Positions 9,766-20,546 are shown, counted from the first letter of the stretch. The stretch: 64,000 bases of DNA from Oligoflexales bacterium (GCA_045106415.1 JBGCEP010000026.1:76582-140581), one strand, 5' to 3'. Notes: a model not told the origin generated them from the letters alone. A program made the numbers and translations.

Positions 9766-12423
9766 TTATGTTTCATTTTTTTGATTTAACTCTTCAAATA
9801 TTTGATACAGATTTCTTTTTTGAATGGGTTTTGATAGAAAAAGATCCATACCGGTATTGAGGCATTTTTCCTTATCTTCAGGCATGGAACTTGCTGTTAG
9901 AGCAACGATGAGTGTGTCAGGTCTCTGCTCTTTTATTCTTTGAGTCGCTTCAAAACCATCCATAATTGGCATGTGACAATCCATGAAAATAATATCATAA
10001 TTTTTTTCTTGTGACCTTTGAAATGCAATGAATCCATTTTCTGCAAAGTGGACAACGCAATTAATTTTTTCTAAGTACCCTTGAATAACGGCCTGATTAA
10101 TGAGATTGTCTTCTGCAACAAGTACTTGAAAACATCGAGAATGTATAAGTTCTTGTGACAGAATATTTTGAATATTATCTATTGCTTTAGTAGAGGGAAA
10201 AGTTGGGAATTGAAACCCAAATGTTGACCCTTTACCTTCTGAACTTTGCACCCAAATACTTCCTTTCATGAGCTCAATAAAGCTTTTGCAAATGGAAAGT
10301 CCTAGGCCAGATCCTCCAAAGTTTCTTGTGGTAGAGGCGTCAGCTTGGGAGAATGGCTGAAAAAGGTGTGATTGTATTTGTGGCGAAATACCAAGGCCAT
10401 TGTCTTGTACTAAAACCTTAATATATTGTGTATGATCCCAAAAAACATCGATTTTAATTGTCCCGCGTTTGGTGAATTTAATAGCATTGCTTAACAAATT
10501 GGTAAATATCTGACGTACTCTCACAGGGTCTCCACTAATCCAGTGAGGGACATCTTTATGCACGTCAAATTTAATTATATTTCCTTTGACGCTTGCTTTA
10601 TTTTTTAATAGATCAATAACTTGTTGGAATTCTGTTTTGATGCAAAAAGAAATATTTTCCAGTTGAACTTTATTTGATTCTAATTTAGAAAAATCAAGAA
10701 TATCATCAATGACTTGAGTCAGTGTTTCCCCACATTTATGAATGGATTTCACTTTATTAAGTGTTTTTTCATCTGTTTCTGAATTTAAGATAAGATCTGT
10801 TATGCCTAAGATACCATTTAAGGGTGTTCTGATTTCATGAGACATATTAGCTAAGAATTGTGATTTTATTTCTGTAGATTTTTCAGCTGTTTTTTTTGCT
10901 TCTAAAAGAGCTTTTTCATGTTGTTTTTTTTCTGTGATATCAGTGCGGATTGCGATATAACCAGATATAGATCCGTCTTCTCCAACTTGAGGAATAATAG
11001 AAGTGTCAACCCAATAGAACTCCCCTGACTTTTTTTTGTTTTTAATTTCACCACGCCATATCTTTTTTGAAGAAATCTCTTTCCATAACCTTGGGAAAAA
11101 ATCACGATCGTGATGATGAGAATTTAATATACGGTGGTCACTTCCAATGAGTTCTTCATTAGAATAACCTGATATTTCAATAAATTTATCATTAACTTCT
11201 GTTATAATCCCTTTTTTGTCAGTTTGTGCGTAGATGGAAATCTCGTCGATGGCAATTTTTTTCTCGTGAGATTTTTTGAGTGATATTTGAAGTTCATTTT
11301 TTGAAATAGTTTGTGAAATATAAAACATTACAATGATGATTGTAATGAAGATAAGGAGGCCGGGTATGGTGTATGTTTCTGACTTCATAAGGTGATTTTT
11401 GATGATTTGACGCGTCGGCCCGAGTTGAAGAGAAAGTTGGATGTTTCTAATGTGAATACCGATTTTTGTATCGAATTTTTTTGGGCTATGATCTCCTTGT
11501 TTATATATAGTTTTTGAATCAAGAAGTATTGTGGTGTTAAATTCTTTCTCAAATAAATCTTTGAAAAAATACTCTGACTTGTATGTTGCTATAATATAAC
11601 CGTTGATTTCATTTTTTTTATTAAAAGTAGGGTGAGATGATAAAAAGAATGTCTCATCTTTTGGTCCTGAAAAAGGGGGGCTAATGGATCCTTTTTGAGT
11701 TTTGTGAGATGCGTGGATAGCGGTGTTTTTTTCTTTATGAGAAATGCTGTTAATTTGTTCTATTATGGCAATTTTATTTTCTGGATACAGCCAATGAGAT
11801 ATGAAATCTGTGTCTACCCATGAAATAGATTGCAAATTATTAAAGTCGTTTAAGTACTTTTTTGTGTCTTTTTTCCATTTAGATAAACTATCTTTATCTT
11901 CATTGTTAAATCTTAATGCTATTCGATCTATGTTTGTTAAATTGTTATTGATTTTCATCCTTACAAGCATTGAAGTTGTTTTAATTTTTTCTTCCATTAT
12001 CTTTTCAAGGTTTTCTTTTTCTTTTTTGTGCATAAAAATAAAGGTGTATGAAGAAAGACTTAATCCAAATATAATGATTGCAGAAATATTTATACTTAAG
12101 TGTAGTGAGGTAGGAAGATTATTATGCATATGAGAAATTTTTTTATTCTTATACATTTCTTTTATAATTTGAGAAGTAGGTTCTTTTTTGACTGATAGTA
12201 ATGAGTATATCCGTTCTTTTTTCTTTCCTATAAAAACACCAATTATACAAAAAATAAAAAATAAAATGATCAAAGGTATTATAATATTAATATTTGTCTT
12301 AATGATTTCAATGTAATGGTGATCTTCTGGTGTGGCGAGACTTGTTATGATAATAGAAGAAAAAAAAATGCTCATAGCTGCGCCGAAAAAAGCATAAATC
12401 CAAAGTGATCTTTTTTTTCTCAT
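9766..12423 (-). CDS. Hybrid sensor histidine kinase (TM/periplasmic sensor, PAS, HisKA, HATPase, REC)
   Basis: FLANMSHEIRTPLNG; NLLSNAIKFT; GGSGLGLSI; PAS segment WRGEIKN..YWVDTSI; receiver IFMDCHMP. Confidence 0.93.
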   Translation of the reverse strand: MRKKRSLWIYAFFGAAMSIFFSSIIITSLATPEDHHYIEIIKTNINIIIPLIILFFIFCIIGVFIGKKKERIYSLLSVKKEPTSQIIKEMYKNKKISHMHNNLPTSLHLSINISAIIIFGLSLSSYTFIFMHKKEKENLEKIMEEKIKTTSMLVRMKINNNLTNIDRIALRFNNEDKDSLSKWKKDTKKYLNDFNNLQSISWVDTDFISHWLYPENKIAIIEQINSISHKEKNTAIHASHKTQKGSISPPFSGPKDETFFLSSHPTFNKKNEINGYIIATYKSEYFFKDLFEKEFNTTILLDSKTIYKQGDHSPKKFDTKIGIHIRNIQLSLQLGPTRQIIKNHLMKSETYTIPGLLIFITIIIVMFYISQTISKNELQISLKKSHEKKIAIDEISIYAQTDKKGIITEVNDKFIEISGYSNEELIGSDHRILNSHHHDRDFFPRLWKEISSKKIWRGEIKNKKKSGEFYWVDTSIIPQVGEDGSISGYIAIRTDITEKKQHEKALLEAKKTAEKSTEIKSQFLANMSHEIRTPLNGILGITDLILNSETDEKTLNKVKSIHKCGETLTQVIDDILDFSKLESNKVQLENISFCIKTEFQQVIDLLKNKASVKGNIIKFDVHKDVPHWISGDPVRVRQIFTNLLSNAIKFTKRGTIKIDVFWDHTQYIKVLVQDNGLGISPQIQSHLFQPFSQADASTTRNFGGSGLGLSICKSFIELMKGSIWVQSSEGKGSTFGFQFPTFPSTKAIDNIQNILSQELIHSRCFQVLVAEDNLINQAVIQGYLEKINCVVHFAENGFIAFQRSQEKNYDIIFMDCHMPIMDGFEATQRIKEQRPDTLIVALTASSMPEDKEKCLNTGMDLFLSKPIQKRNLYQIFEELNQKNET

Positions 12424-12511
12424 ATAAAAGCCTGTTTTAGATCATTTAAGTAAAGGTATAAAGCTGGCCTTATATTGATTCATCGGTTTTTTTTTGAAAA
12501 TGTGAAGTATT

Positions 12512-13855
12512 ATGAATATTAAATTATTTTTAATTATCAGCGGTTATCATATTTTCTTTAGAAAAAAATCAAAAATGACGATAAAGGACGCAGTTATGAT
12601 CCCTAGGAGTAATAGCGTGAAAATATTTGATAGCAACAATAAAATGACGATGGCTTTTAGTTTTTTATTATTTATCTCCATGGGTTGTGGTAAGACCTCG
12701 ACACGATCGTCATCCTCAGGGTCGAGTGATGCTACAATATCTGACATTAGTATGACACTTCCAAGGCGAGCATTACTTGCAAATGAAGTTCCTGCTATTA
12801 AAAGACTCATGACACATTATCGATTGAGGTATGAAACAGTTGTTCCGTGTGCTTCAAGAGGATTTATTGAGGTAGCAGCGTACCGAGATGAAGGGCTTCT
12901 CGGTATTAATGTTGATCGTAGCTGTGAAATTCTTTTAAGTATGGAGTATGGATATAATCTTAAAAGCGATGGAAGTGGAGATGTTTATTATGCTTCGAAT
13001 AGAATGCGTTTCTCACCAGAAGATTTAGGTGGAATTCCATTAAATCTTGTTGATAATGATGATTTTCTGCAGTCTGAATCACAAAAAACTTCACAAAATG
13101 TTGCTTCACAGGGTTCTGTAAATTCAAACAGCGTCTCACCCCAAGTTCAAGAGAATAATAGTTCTCAAAATATAAATAACTCAAGTAATCAGAACAATAG
13201 CTCCCAAGATGTGAGTCATTCGTCAGTGCCGCAGGACTCTTCTCGAACAACTAGCGCACAGCAGTCAAGCTCGGTTGGAGAAGAAACAAAGAAGAAGCGT
13301 TATTTCCGAATAGATTTTGATATGCGTATTACGACATTAGGAAAACAACTTGGTTTAAAAACTGAGACTTTTCGCAATTCTGAAGAAGTTGCTACGGGCA
13401 GTTCTTCAAAGGACAGTCGTGACTCATCTACAGGTCTTCCTAGTTCTGACATTGATCGAGATTTAAATCCAGCCTCAGGTATTCAATCGCGTGATGATGT
13501 GGATGACAGTTTGATTGATGATGGAAGAAGTAATGATGATGATCTTATTTCTGAGCCTTTTGAGGGTTTAGATGATGATGAGCTTCCTTCTGAAGAAGGT
13601 GGTGATGAAAATCAAGTGCAAAAAGAAGTGACTTATAACGATGATATTCAACTGCTTTTGAGTGATAACTGCACTTCTTGTCATAGCCCAGGCGGAGTCG
13701 CTGCAAGTATTGACTTATCAACTGAAGATTCTGCTAAAAATTTTGCAAGTCAGTCTAATAGCTCTATTCAAAATGAGAGAATGCCTCCATCAACCCCATT
13801 AGCATCTGAGGATAAAGAACTTTTTGATGCATGGATAGAAAGTGGTGCTCAATAA
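12512..13855 (+). CDS. Lipoprotein with low-complexity linkers and C-terminal c-type cytochrome domain; true start probably 12597 or later
   Basis: Lipobox-like ISMGC; Ser/Asn-rich and Asp-rich linkers; CTSCH and distal MPP. Confidence 0.7.
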   Translation: MNIKLFLIISGYHIFFRKKSKMTIKDAVMIPRSNSVKIFDSNNKMTMAFSFLLFISMGCGKTSTRSSSSGSSDATISDISMTLPRRALLANEVPAIKRLMTHYRLRYETVVPCASRGFIEVAAYRDEGLLGINVDRSCEILLSMEYGYNLKSDGSGDVYYASNRMRFSPEDLGGIPLNLVDNDDFLQSESQKTSQNVASQGSVNSNSVSPQVQENNSSQNINNSSNQNNSSQDVSHSSVPQDSSRTTSAQQSSSVGEETKKKRYFRIDFDMRITTLGKQLGLKTETFRNSEEVATGSSSKDSRDSSTGLPSSDIDRDLNPASGIQSRDDVDDSLIDDGRSNDDDLISEPFEGLDDDELPSEEGGDENQVQKEVTYNDDIQLLLSDNCTSCHSPGGVAASIDLSTEDSAKNFASQSNSSIQNERMPPSTPLASEDKELFDAWIESGAQ

Positions 13856-13969
13856 TAAAATTGAGTAATTTATTTCCATGAGGTCTTTGGGCTAGTTTTT
13901 TTTCTAAGATAAATTTTTATTTTATCTTCTTGTTTTTAAATGATAATTGGAGTTGTTTTTGTTGTTTCC

Positions 13970-13996
13970 TGAAGTTTCCTAAAAATGCACCGACAG
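13970..13996 (+). promoter_or_regulatory. sigma28-like promoter for the DUF1501 operon
   Basis: TGAAGTTT-N11-ACCGACAG, just upstream of a GGAGG RBS. Confidence 0.5.
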
Positions 13997-14017
13997 TGTA
14001 TATAAGGTGGAGGAAGC

Positions 14018-14725
14018 ATGAAAAAACAAAAATTCTCCAATTTTTTATTCTTTCTAGCTATTATCTTTTTAGCTCAAGGTTGTTATTTCATTGAATTTTT
14101 CAATGGAGGTAGTGATTCTTCTTCAGGAGGAGATGAGCCTTCAGTTAGCCGTCAGCCTGTTTTAGGGGGGACGATTGGCCCTGTGGCTGGAAGTGTTGAT
14201 GAAATCGCTTTGGCTGCCGTCTATGCTATCTACCCAGGAACTGCTCCTGCATCTATCCGCCCTGATCCAGATTTGTATGTTCGGAGATTTTTAAGGCAGT
14301 TTAGAGAAGAAAGCTCTACTTTAGCTCGTGCAATTGGAAATGTAGAGGGCTTTCGTTTATTGTTAGGCGGGGCGAGTATTGACTTTCAAAAAATGCCTCA
14401 ACAAACATACGATGCAACATCATTACTTGCCAGCCTTAGTGTTGCCGGAGAGGTTTGTGAAGGGCTGGTTTCACCCAATAATTGGGAACACTCTGGTTGG
14501 GAAACTATTTTACCATTCGGTGCAAATGATACTCAAAACAATATTAAGTTTCTTATTCAAAGAATTACCGGTCAAAAATCTTCTGAAATCTTAGCTGAGG
14601 ATGTTGATCAACTTCAACAAATTTTAGATGACCATAGAGAAAATTTAGACGACCCCGTGACATATGAAGATTATCAACCTGTATGTGCTGTACTATCTTT
14701 GGATGCGGAGGCGTTATTATTATGA
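14018..14725 (+). CDS. Hypothetical lipoprotein
   Basis: Signal peptide ending LAQGC; GGAGG RBS; ATGA overlap with the next gene. Confidence 0.7.
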   Translation: MKKQKFSNFLFFLAIIFLAQGCYFIEFFNGGSDSSSGGDEPSVSRQPVLGGTIGPVAGSVDEIALAAVYAIYPGTAPASIRPDPDLYVRRFLRQFREESSTLARAIGNVEGFRLLLGGASIDFQKMPQQTYDATSLLASLSVAGEVCEGLVSPNNWEHSGWETILPFGANDTQNNIKFLIQRITGQKSSEILAEDVDQLQQILDDHRENLDDPVTYEDYQPVCAVLSLDAEALLL

Positions 14726-16365
14726 AAGCTTTCTATCTATTTTTCATGTTTTTATCTTTTCAGGCTTACGCTGCAGAAGATATTTCTAAAGCTTTGAGGC
14801 GAGCGCAGTATCTTTTAAATGCAACTGTCCCCACAGATCAAGAATATCAAAATCACGCTCAAGATGTTCAAAGTTATAGGAATGCTATAAGAGGATTTTT
14901 AGACCATAATAATTTTTATGAAGCTGTTCTTCGCTATCATGAGCTGCAACTTGGCGTGGGTCTTCCTACAGATTATATTGACGAGCTTTTACGAAGTGAT
15001 ATTGATCATAAGACATCAAAATTTGCGACGATTGAATGTGGTGTCGAAGATAGTCGATTGGAATGCCAATGGGCAGGAAATACTTCAAATGAAACGTCAA
15101 CATGTCCAGCATCTGCAGAGCAAGCTTCTTCAGTATTTTGGTATCCTGGGCTTGTTGCATGGGTATGTCCTTCGGTCATACGTGCATGTGGCTCCGACTT
15201 AAGTCGTTGCTTTATACGGTATCGAGATTCTGCTGCTGCACAACATAGTGAAATAGGAACAACAGAAGCTTTTGATTCTAGGTTTTCTGTTATCAAATCT
15301 TTAGGAAAGCAGTCTGCAGGACTTGCAACTGCAGTTGTTGTTGCAAACTACCCTTACACAAAAATTTTAGAGCCAGGATTATATGCTGTTGATGGTGCTA
15401 TAGCTCATTTTTATAGGCAGTCTCATCATTTTGATTTAGCGAAATTAAACTTATCACCAAACTTAATTTCGCAAGTTGAGAAAATTTCATTAACAAATAC
15501 GAGATATCGCTTGATTTATGATGGAGGGCAATATGAACAAGCAGGTATTTTATCTTCTTTTGGTTGGCTGAGAAGGTATGAGAAAAATCGTACTCGTGCA
15601 AACCAGTTATATGAGCGATTGCTATGTCGTCAATTCACAGCTGAACTTCCAAGGGTTTTTCCGCAAGATCCAGGAAATCTAAGAACAACCCCCGGATGTG
15701 AAGGGTGCCACTCTGTTTTGGATCCTTTGGCAGATTTTTTTACAACGTGGGGCGAGGGAGGCGACCTTTATTCTGGTGTTCATGAAGGTGTAGAAACATC
15801 TTTTGCTGGTAAAAGTGGGCGTTATTTGTCTGATCTTTCAAAAATTATTCGAGAAGATCCAGCTTTTGCGAGTTGTACCGTTGAGCATGTTTGGGAGTGG
15901 CTTATTGGGCGCAAATTCCATGAAACAGAAGAAGATTTAAGAACATCGTTAACGAAGTATTTTATGGGCACGAATTATTCATTTAAAGAATTAGCATATG
16001 TTGTTGCAACTCACCCAGTCTTCCTTGAGGGATCCAGAGAAGACACTGATGTTATTGACCCTCTTGCACCCCAACCTTTAGGAGAACCACCTGGGAGTCG
16101 TGAGCTTGCTGTGTGTGAGGGGAGTGTTGATTTTGCGACACAGATAGCTGCTCCAGCAGCAGAGTATTGCCAAGGTTGTCATAATGGGCAAGGAACAACA
16201 ATACCTTTAATAAGTGAGAATGATTTTAGGACTTATGGAAAAGCGTCAGTGTTACAGGTTTCCGGTGGATTTATGCCTTTAAATTCATCAGGAGCTCCAT
16301 TTAGTGGTCCTTTATTTGATTTTAAAGAAAGCATTCGATGTTGGGTTGAGGAGCAGGGTTTATGA
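14722..16365 (+). CDS. Secreted di-heme c-type protein, DUF1588/DUF1585-like
   Basis: Signal peptide (AYA); NRTRANQLYERLLC; CEGCHSVLDPLA; PAFASCTVEHVWEWLIGR; second heme motif CQGCH. Confidence 0.7.
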   Translation: MKAFYLFFMFLSFQAYAAEDISKALRRAQYLLNATVPTDQEYQNHAQDVQSYRNAIRGFLDHNNFYEAVLRYHELQLGVGLPTDYIDELLRSDIDHKTSKFATIECGVEDSRLECQWAGNTSNETSTCPASAEQASSVFWYPGLVAWVCPSVIRACGSDLSRCFIRYRDSAAAQHSEIGTTEAFDSRFSVIKSLGKQSAGLATAVVVANYPYTKILEPGLYAVDGAIAHFYRQSHHFDLAKLNLSPNLISQVEKISLTNTRYRLIYDGGQYEQAGILSSFGWLRRYEKNRTRANQLYERLLCRQFTAELPRVFPQDPGNLRTTPGCEGCHSVLDPLADFFTTWGEGGDLYSGVHEGVETSFAGKSGRYLSDLSKIIREDPAFASCTVEHVWEWLIGRKFHETEEDLRTSLTKYFMGTNYSFKELAYVVATHPVFLEGSREDTDVIDPLAPQPLGEPPGSRELAVCEGSVDFATQIAAPAAEYCQGCHNGQGTTIPLISENDFRTYGKASVLQVSGGFMPLNSSGAPFSGPLFDFKESIRCWVEEQGL

Positions 16366-17699
16366 AACAAAAAAGAATGATAGCAATTCCTCCAGAAGAT
16401 GTTGAGATGTTTGGTCGTAGGCAGCTTTTTCAGCAAGGAGCAGCATTAACCGGTTACTTAAGTTTAGGATCTTTGTTTGGAACATCTGGACAAGCGCAAA
16501 GCACAAACTATCAACTTGCTAGAAATCTTATTTGGATTCGTATGGCGGGAGGCTGGGATACTCTTGAAACTACAGACCCGAAAGCAAATTCAACTGCAGA
16601 TATACAAACTATTTATGGCTGGGATCAAGCTCATCAACTCACAGGTGCGGATGCAGCAACAAAGGTAGGTAGATGGTTTCCGAAAATAGCGACTCACGGG
16701 GAAGATATTGTTTTGTTAAGAGGTATGGCTATGGGGACAAACTCTCATAATGCAGGAACGGTATATATGGATACAGGGGTGTTGAGTAATGCGGGTCGAG
16801 TTGCTTCTGCTTCTATTCCTGCAATTGTGGCTTCTGAGGGAGAAGCCACAATCCCTATGATTGTTTTAAATGGGGGGCAAACACCACAGACAGATAGAGG
16901 GTTATTAAATCCAGTCTCTGTTGTAAGAGCTAATAATTTATCTTTGTATAGGTCTATGTATCCAACTGAAAATGATGCTATTGAACGATCTGTCCGTATG
17001 CTTGATTATTTAAAAAACTCTTTGACGCGTGTGCAGGATGAAAGAGGAAGCCATGATCGTTTAAATGAAATTGTTGCATCAGAAGAAAAAGTGAGAAGAC
17101 AGTTTTTGGATAACGTTGGCCTTCGACTTCAGGTTGAGGATGAAGATATTCAACCTTTTTTAACAGGAGCTCCGACAGGGTTTCGGCGAAGAGATGCTGA
17201 AAATTTTGCTCTAGCACTTAAGCTGTTACGTGGTGGGGTGTGTAATGTTATGAGTCTTGGTATTGGTGGTTTTGATACACATAGTAACCAAACAGCAAAC
17301 CTACAGCCAATTCTTACAGGGACAGATCATGTTCTCGATGTTTTTTTGTCTGCTTTAAAATCTTCAGGTCTTTTGGATACAACTCTTGTTGTTCTTCATT
17401 CAGAATTTGCTCGAACTCCTAAAGTTAATAATTCAAATGGTCGTGATCATTGGTCTGTAGGTGGAGCGATGATGATAGGAGGAGGGATTCAAGGGGGAAG
17501 AGCGGTAGGGGCAACTGATGATTCTTATCGAGCTATGGACATTGACTTGGAGACTGGGCTTCCTTTGATTGGTGGTGCGCAGTTAAATCCAACACATTTT
17601 GCTGGAAGCTTGCTTGAACTGACTCTTGGGGCAAGCTATGCGGGTTTGAGAACCTACTTGGAATCTATACCTGCCTTGACTCGTTTGAAGACTGCTTGA
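16362..17699 (+). CDS. DUF1501 family protein, Tat-exported
   Basis: GRRQLFQ twin-arginine signal; MAGGWD..DPK; GGFDTH; SEFARTP; GRDHW. Confidence 0.88.
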   Translation: MKQKRMIAIPPEDVEMFGRRQLFQQGAALTGYLSLGSLFGTSGQAQSTNYQLARNLIWIRMAGGWDTLETTDPKANSTADIQTIYGWDQAHQLTGADAATKVGRWFPKIATHGEDIVLLRGMAMGTNSHNAGTVYMDTGVLSNAGRVASASIPAIVASEGEATIPMIVLNGGQTPQTDRGLLNPVSVVRANNLSLYRSMYPTENDAIERSVRMLDYLKNSLTRVQDERGSHDRLNEIVASEEKVRRQFLDNVGLRLQVEDEDIQPFLTGAPTGFRRRDAENFALALKLLRGGVCNVMSLGIGGFDTHSNQTANLQPILTGTDHVLDVFLSALKSSGLLDTTLVVLHSEFARTPKVNNSNGRDHWSVGGAMMIGGGIQGGRAVGATDDSYRAMDIDLETGLPLIGGAQLNPTHFAGSLLELTLGASYAGLRTYLESIPALTRLKTA

Positions 17700-17759
17700 G
17701 AAAGATTGCGGTCCTTCTATAGCTATGACACGATCAAAAGAATCTGTTCGTGTGAGGTT

Positions 17760-18866
17760 ATGATGAAATTTTTGTACTTTTTGATAGTGTCTACTCCTCT
17801 TTATAGTCAAGGTCTTCTTGAAACAAAAATATTTTCTTCGACAGAAAGTTTTCACGGTACTCCTTTTGCTTTAAATCCTGCTGTAGATCGCAGTGATGTA
17901 TTACAAGGAGATGCTATTCTTTATCGTGAAACGTCGGAACATATTTGGACAGATAATGACAATGTTGAAAAAGCAGATGTATCAGGTGAAATTCAAGGTG
18001 TCGGCGTTGTTACGAATGTAGGTTCTGGTCTTATGATTGGTTTTTCGTATCAGAGGTTGACTTATACAGACACTCTGTCTCGCGATCAAAGAGGTGAAGT
18101 TTTCGAAAACTGGAAAAAACAGCAATCTATGGCTCGTATTGCTGTTGAACTCACAGAACATCTTCATGCTGGTTTTTTGTTGAAATTCTTAGATGTTGAA
18201 TATGATCTGCTTGGCTCTTTTTTTATAAACTCTTCTGAACGAGCTTTGTTAAAACCGTCTCTGTTTGGAAGCGGCGGAGGGCTTGTGATGACCTTTGATC
18301 GTATGGTTTTGTCCGGTGCTTGGGTTCCTACAATGAAAGGTAAAGCTAAGGTTCTAGGTGAAGAATTTATCGTTACAGAACCTGGTTTGTCAGAAATGAC
18401 CTTATCTTCAAAACATCAACAAATGATGGGAGGTATTGGAGTGCGTCGTTGGATTTACCGTAAAGATGATAGAGTGAATGGGACAACGGCAAATAATGAG
18501 AATCAAACTCAACTAAACCTGATGGGTTTAAATTCAGGTATGTCGAAAGTTTTTCCTATGTATAGTCGTTTTATAGATGTTGAAGCTTGGATGACGCCTG
18601 CTTTAAAAGCAGGCGTGCGGCTCGCATATACAGATTATGAAGTTCACACTGACTTACAGAGAACTTTTCCAGGTGAAGAAGCTGTGAGCCGGAAATTTTC
18701 AGCATTTCACCTGCAAGCTCACGCAACAATTAAAACAAAAGGCGCAGAACTTTCTTTAATGGCTTTGAGGGATTCTAGAAAATGGGAAGGTGAGAATAAT
18801 AATCGCCCATTAAGCTATAAACAAAAAGAACAAAGCATAGTATTTCAAGTTCGAAGTCAAATTTAA
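17760..18866 (+). CDS. Putative outer-membrane beta-barrel protein
   Basis: Signal peptide, NPA near the N-terminus, alternating amphipathic strands up to the C-terminus; GAGG RBS before ATG 17760. Confidence 0.55.
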   Translation: MMKFLYFLIVSTPLYSQGLLETKIFSSTESFHGTPFALNPAVDRSDVLQGDAILYRETSEHIWTDNDNVEKADVSGEIQGVGVVTNVGSGLMIGFSYQRLTYTDTLSRDQRGEVFENWKKQQSMARIAVELTEHLHAGFLLKFLDVEYDLLGSFFINSSERALLKPSLFGSGGGLVMTFDRMVLSGAWVPTMKGKAKVLGEEFIVTEPGLSEMTLSSKHQQMMGGIGVRRWIYRKDDRVNGTTANNENQTQLNLMGLNSGMSKVFPMYSRFIDVEAWMTPALKAGVRLAYTDYEVHTDLQRTFPGEEAVSRKFSAFHLQAHATIKTKGAELSLMALRDSRKWEGENNNRPLSYKQKEQSIVFQVRSQI

Positions 18867-18874
18867 AAAGAAAA

Positions 18875-20470
18875 TTACTGAGTCATAAAATGCGGCCAGT
18901 ACCAGTTTTCAGCAAAGCGAGAACTAGGTTCAGTACTGTATGTGAGTCGATAACCTTGGAGATCTTTAGCAATCCAGCTAGACCAAGATCTATATTGGAG
19001 AGGTAAGATCGGAGGGTCGTTTAAAAAAATATTTTGGAGATGATGTAATTTTTTGATGTGCATGTGAGCTTTAAATTGATGCCTTATAGAGTTAAGAGTG
19101 CGATCAAAATCAGGGCTCATATAGCCCCCAATATTCTGTCCCATAAAATTGTTGCTATCAGAAGGGATAAAGTGAGAATGGAAAAGGTGGGCAGAAGGTA
19201 CTTCTATTGGAACTGTCCATGCCGTCCATGCTAGACCTGTAAATAATGACTTTTTTAATCTCTGTACCCAGTCTTTTTTAGGAATTTTTTCAAGATCAAG
19301 AATAATACCGTGTGCAAACCAAGTTTTTTTGAGAGCTGTAAACATTTTATGTAAACCTACTTTTTCTTCCGGATAAATGAGATTGATGTGTAGGTTTTTT
19401 CCTTTTTTCATATAAAGGCCATTTTTTTGAGGAACCCACCCTTGTTCTTTGAGATTTTTCGCCGCTATTTCTGGGTCCCATAATGTCTGAGGAGGAGATA
19501 TTTTAGAAAATGATTTTGGATGCAAAAAGGTAGTTGCAGGGTGTTCTGTGTCAACTTTTGTGAGTGCAAGCAAAGCTGATCGTATGCGAGATGATCTTAA
19601 AAGAGGGTTGCGAGTATTGATCACAAAGTGATCTAAGATTTGTGAAGGCCCAAATGTATGTCGATGAAATTTAGAATGACTTTCCAGCGGAGTAAGCGTT
19701 TCTATTGTGATATCAATTTTATTACTTTGTAATGCTTCTTTTAAATATTTTTCCTTTGAGAAAGAAATAATTTCAATATGTTCAAGTCCCGCTGTTGTTG
19801 CTGAAAAAGGATTTTGATGAAATGAAATTTTATTCTGAGTATGAGAAGCTAATACCCATGGAGTGTGGCTGTGGCCTGGATTGGGATAGGCCATAAAATT
19901 AACAGATGGCTTATCAGTTGAAAAATGATGCGAAGGAAGAAGTCTGAGTTCTGGCAAGAATCGATGTTCGTATTCCGCATTTTTGAGATGAATAATGATC
20001 TTGTTTGGAGATGTAGGATCCTCTTCAAAACTTCGTACATGTGATGAGAGAGCTGTTTTTTGATTTGAAGTTTGTGCAAACTTCCACCAAGTTAAAATAT
20101 CTTTTACTGTAATCTTTGTACCATCGCCCCACCGTTGATTTGAACGTAGAGTGATAGTGATACTTACTCTTTGAGAGTTTTTAGGGTGAATTTTGATACC
20201 GTCATTTTCAAGACTGGGCACAGTTTCGCATAATGGACAAATCATATTTCCTTGCTGATCATGAAAAAACAATGGGCGATTTATCAGAGTTAAGGCCCAC
20301 TCGGAAGCTTTATTGTCAGGGTTGAGAGGATCTAAGCGTGAAATTTTTTCAATTGTGCCGATACGTAGAGTTGTACGTGTTCTTTGTGGGGTTGGCTTAA
20401 AACTGGTTGTGAAGCCCTGAAAAGAAAACATGCTTATGCACAGTAGGGTGAAGTATCGTAAAAATAGCAT
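18875..20470 (-). CDS. Peptide ABC transporter substrate-binding protein (family 5), divergent
   Basis: PLCETVPSLEN; WGDGTKITVKDI; INTRNPLL; GQNIGGY. Confidence 0.8.
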   Translation of the reverse strand: MLFLRYFTLLCISMFSFQGFTTSFKPTPQRTRTTLRIGTIEKISRLDPLNPDNKASEWALTLINRPLFFHDQQGNMICPLCETVPSLENDGIKIHPKNSQRVSITITLRSNQRWGDGTKITVKDILTWWKFAQTSNQKTALSSHVRSFEEDPTSPNKIIIHLKNAEYEHRFLPELRLLPSHHFSTDKPSVNFMAYPNPGHSHTPWVLASHTQNKISFHQNPFSATTAGLEHIEIISFSKEKYLKEALQSNKIDITIETLTPLESHSKFHRHTFGPSQILDHFVINTRNPLLRSSRIRSALLALTKVDTEHPATTFLHPKSFSKISPPQTLWDPEIAAKNLKEQGWVPQKNGLYMKKGKNLHINLIYPEEKVGLHKMFTALKKTWFAHGIILDLEKIPKKDWVQRLKKSLFTGLAWTAWTVPIEVPSAHLFHSHFIPSDSNNFMGQNIGGYMSPDFDRTLNSIRHQFKAHMHIKKLHHLQNIFLNDPPILPLQYRSWSSWIAKDLQGYRLTYSTEPSSRFAENWYWPHFMTQ

Positions 20471-20546
20471 GTGAGCCTCTTCGGTGATGATGGGATCAAG
20501 AGAATGATTGCACTCTTCTGGGTTATATCAAAAAGAAGGATGAAAT

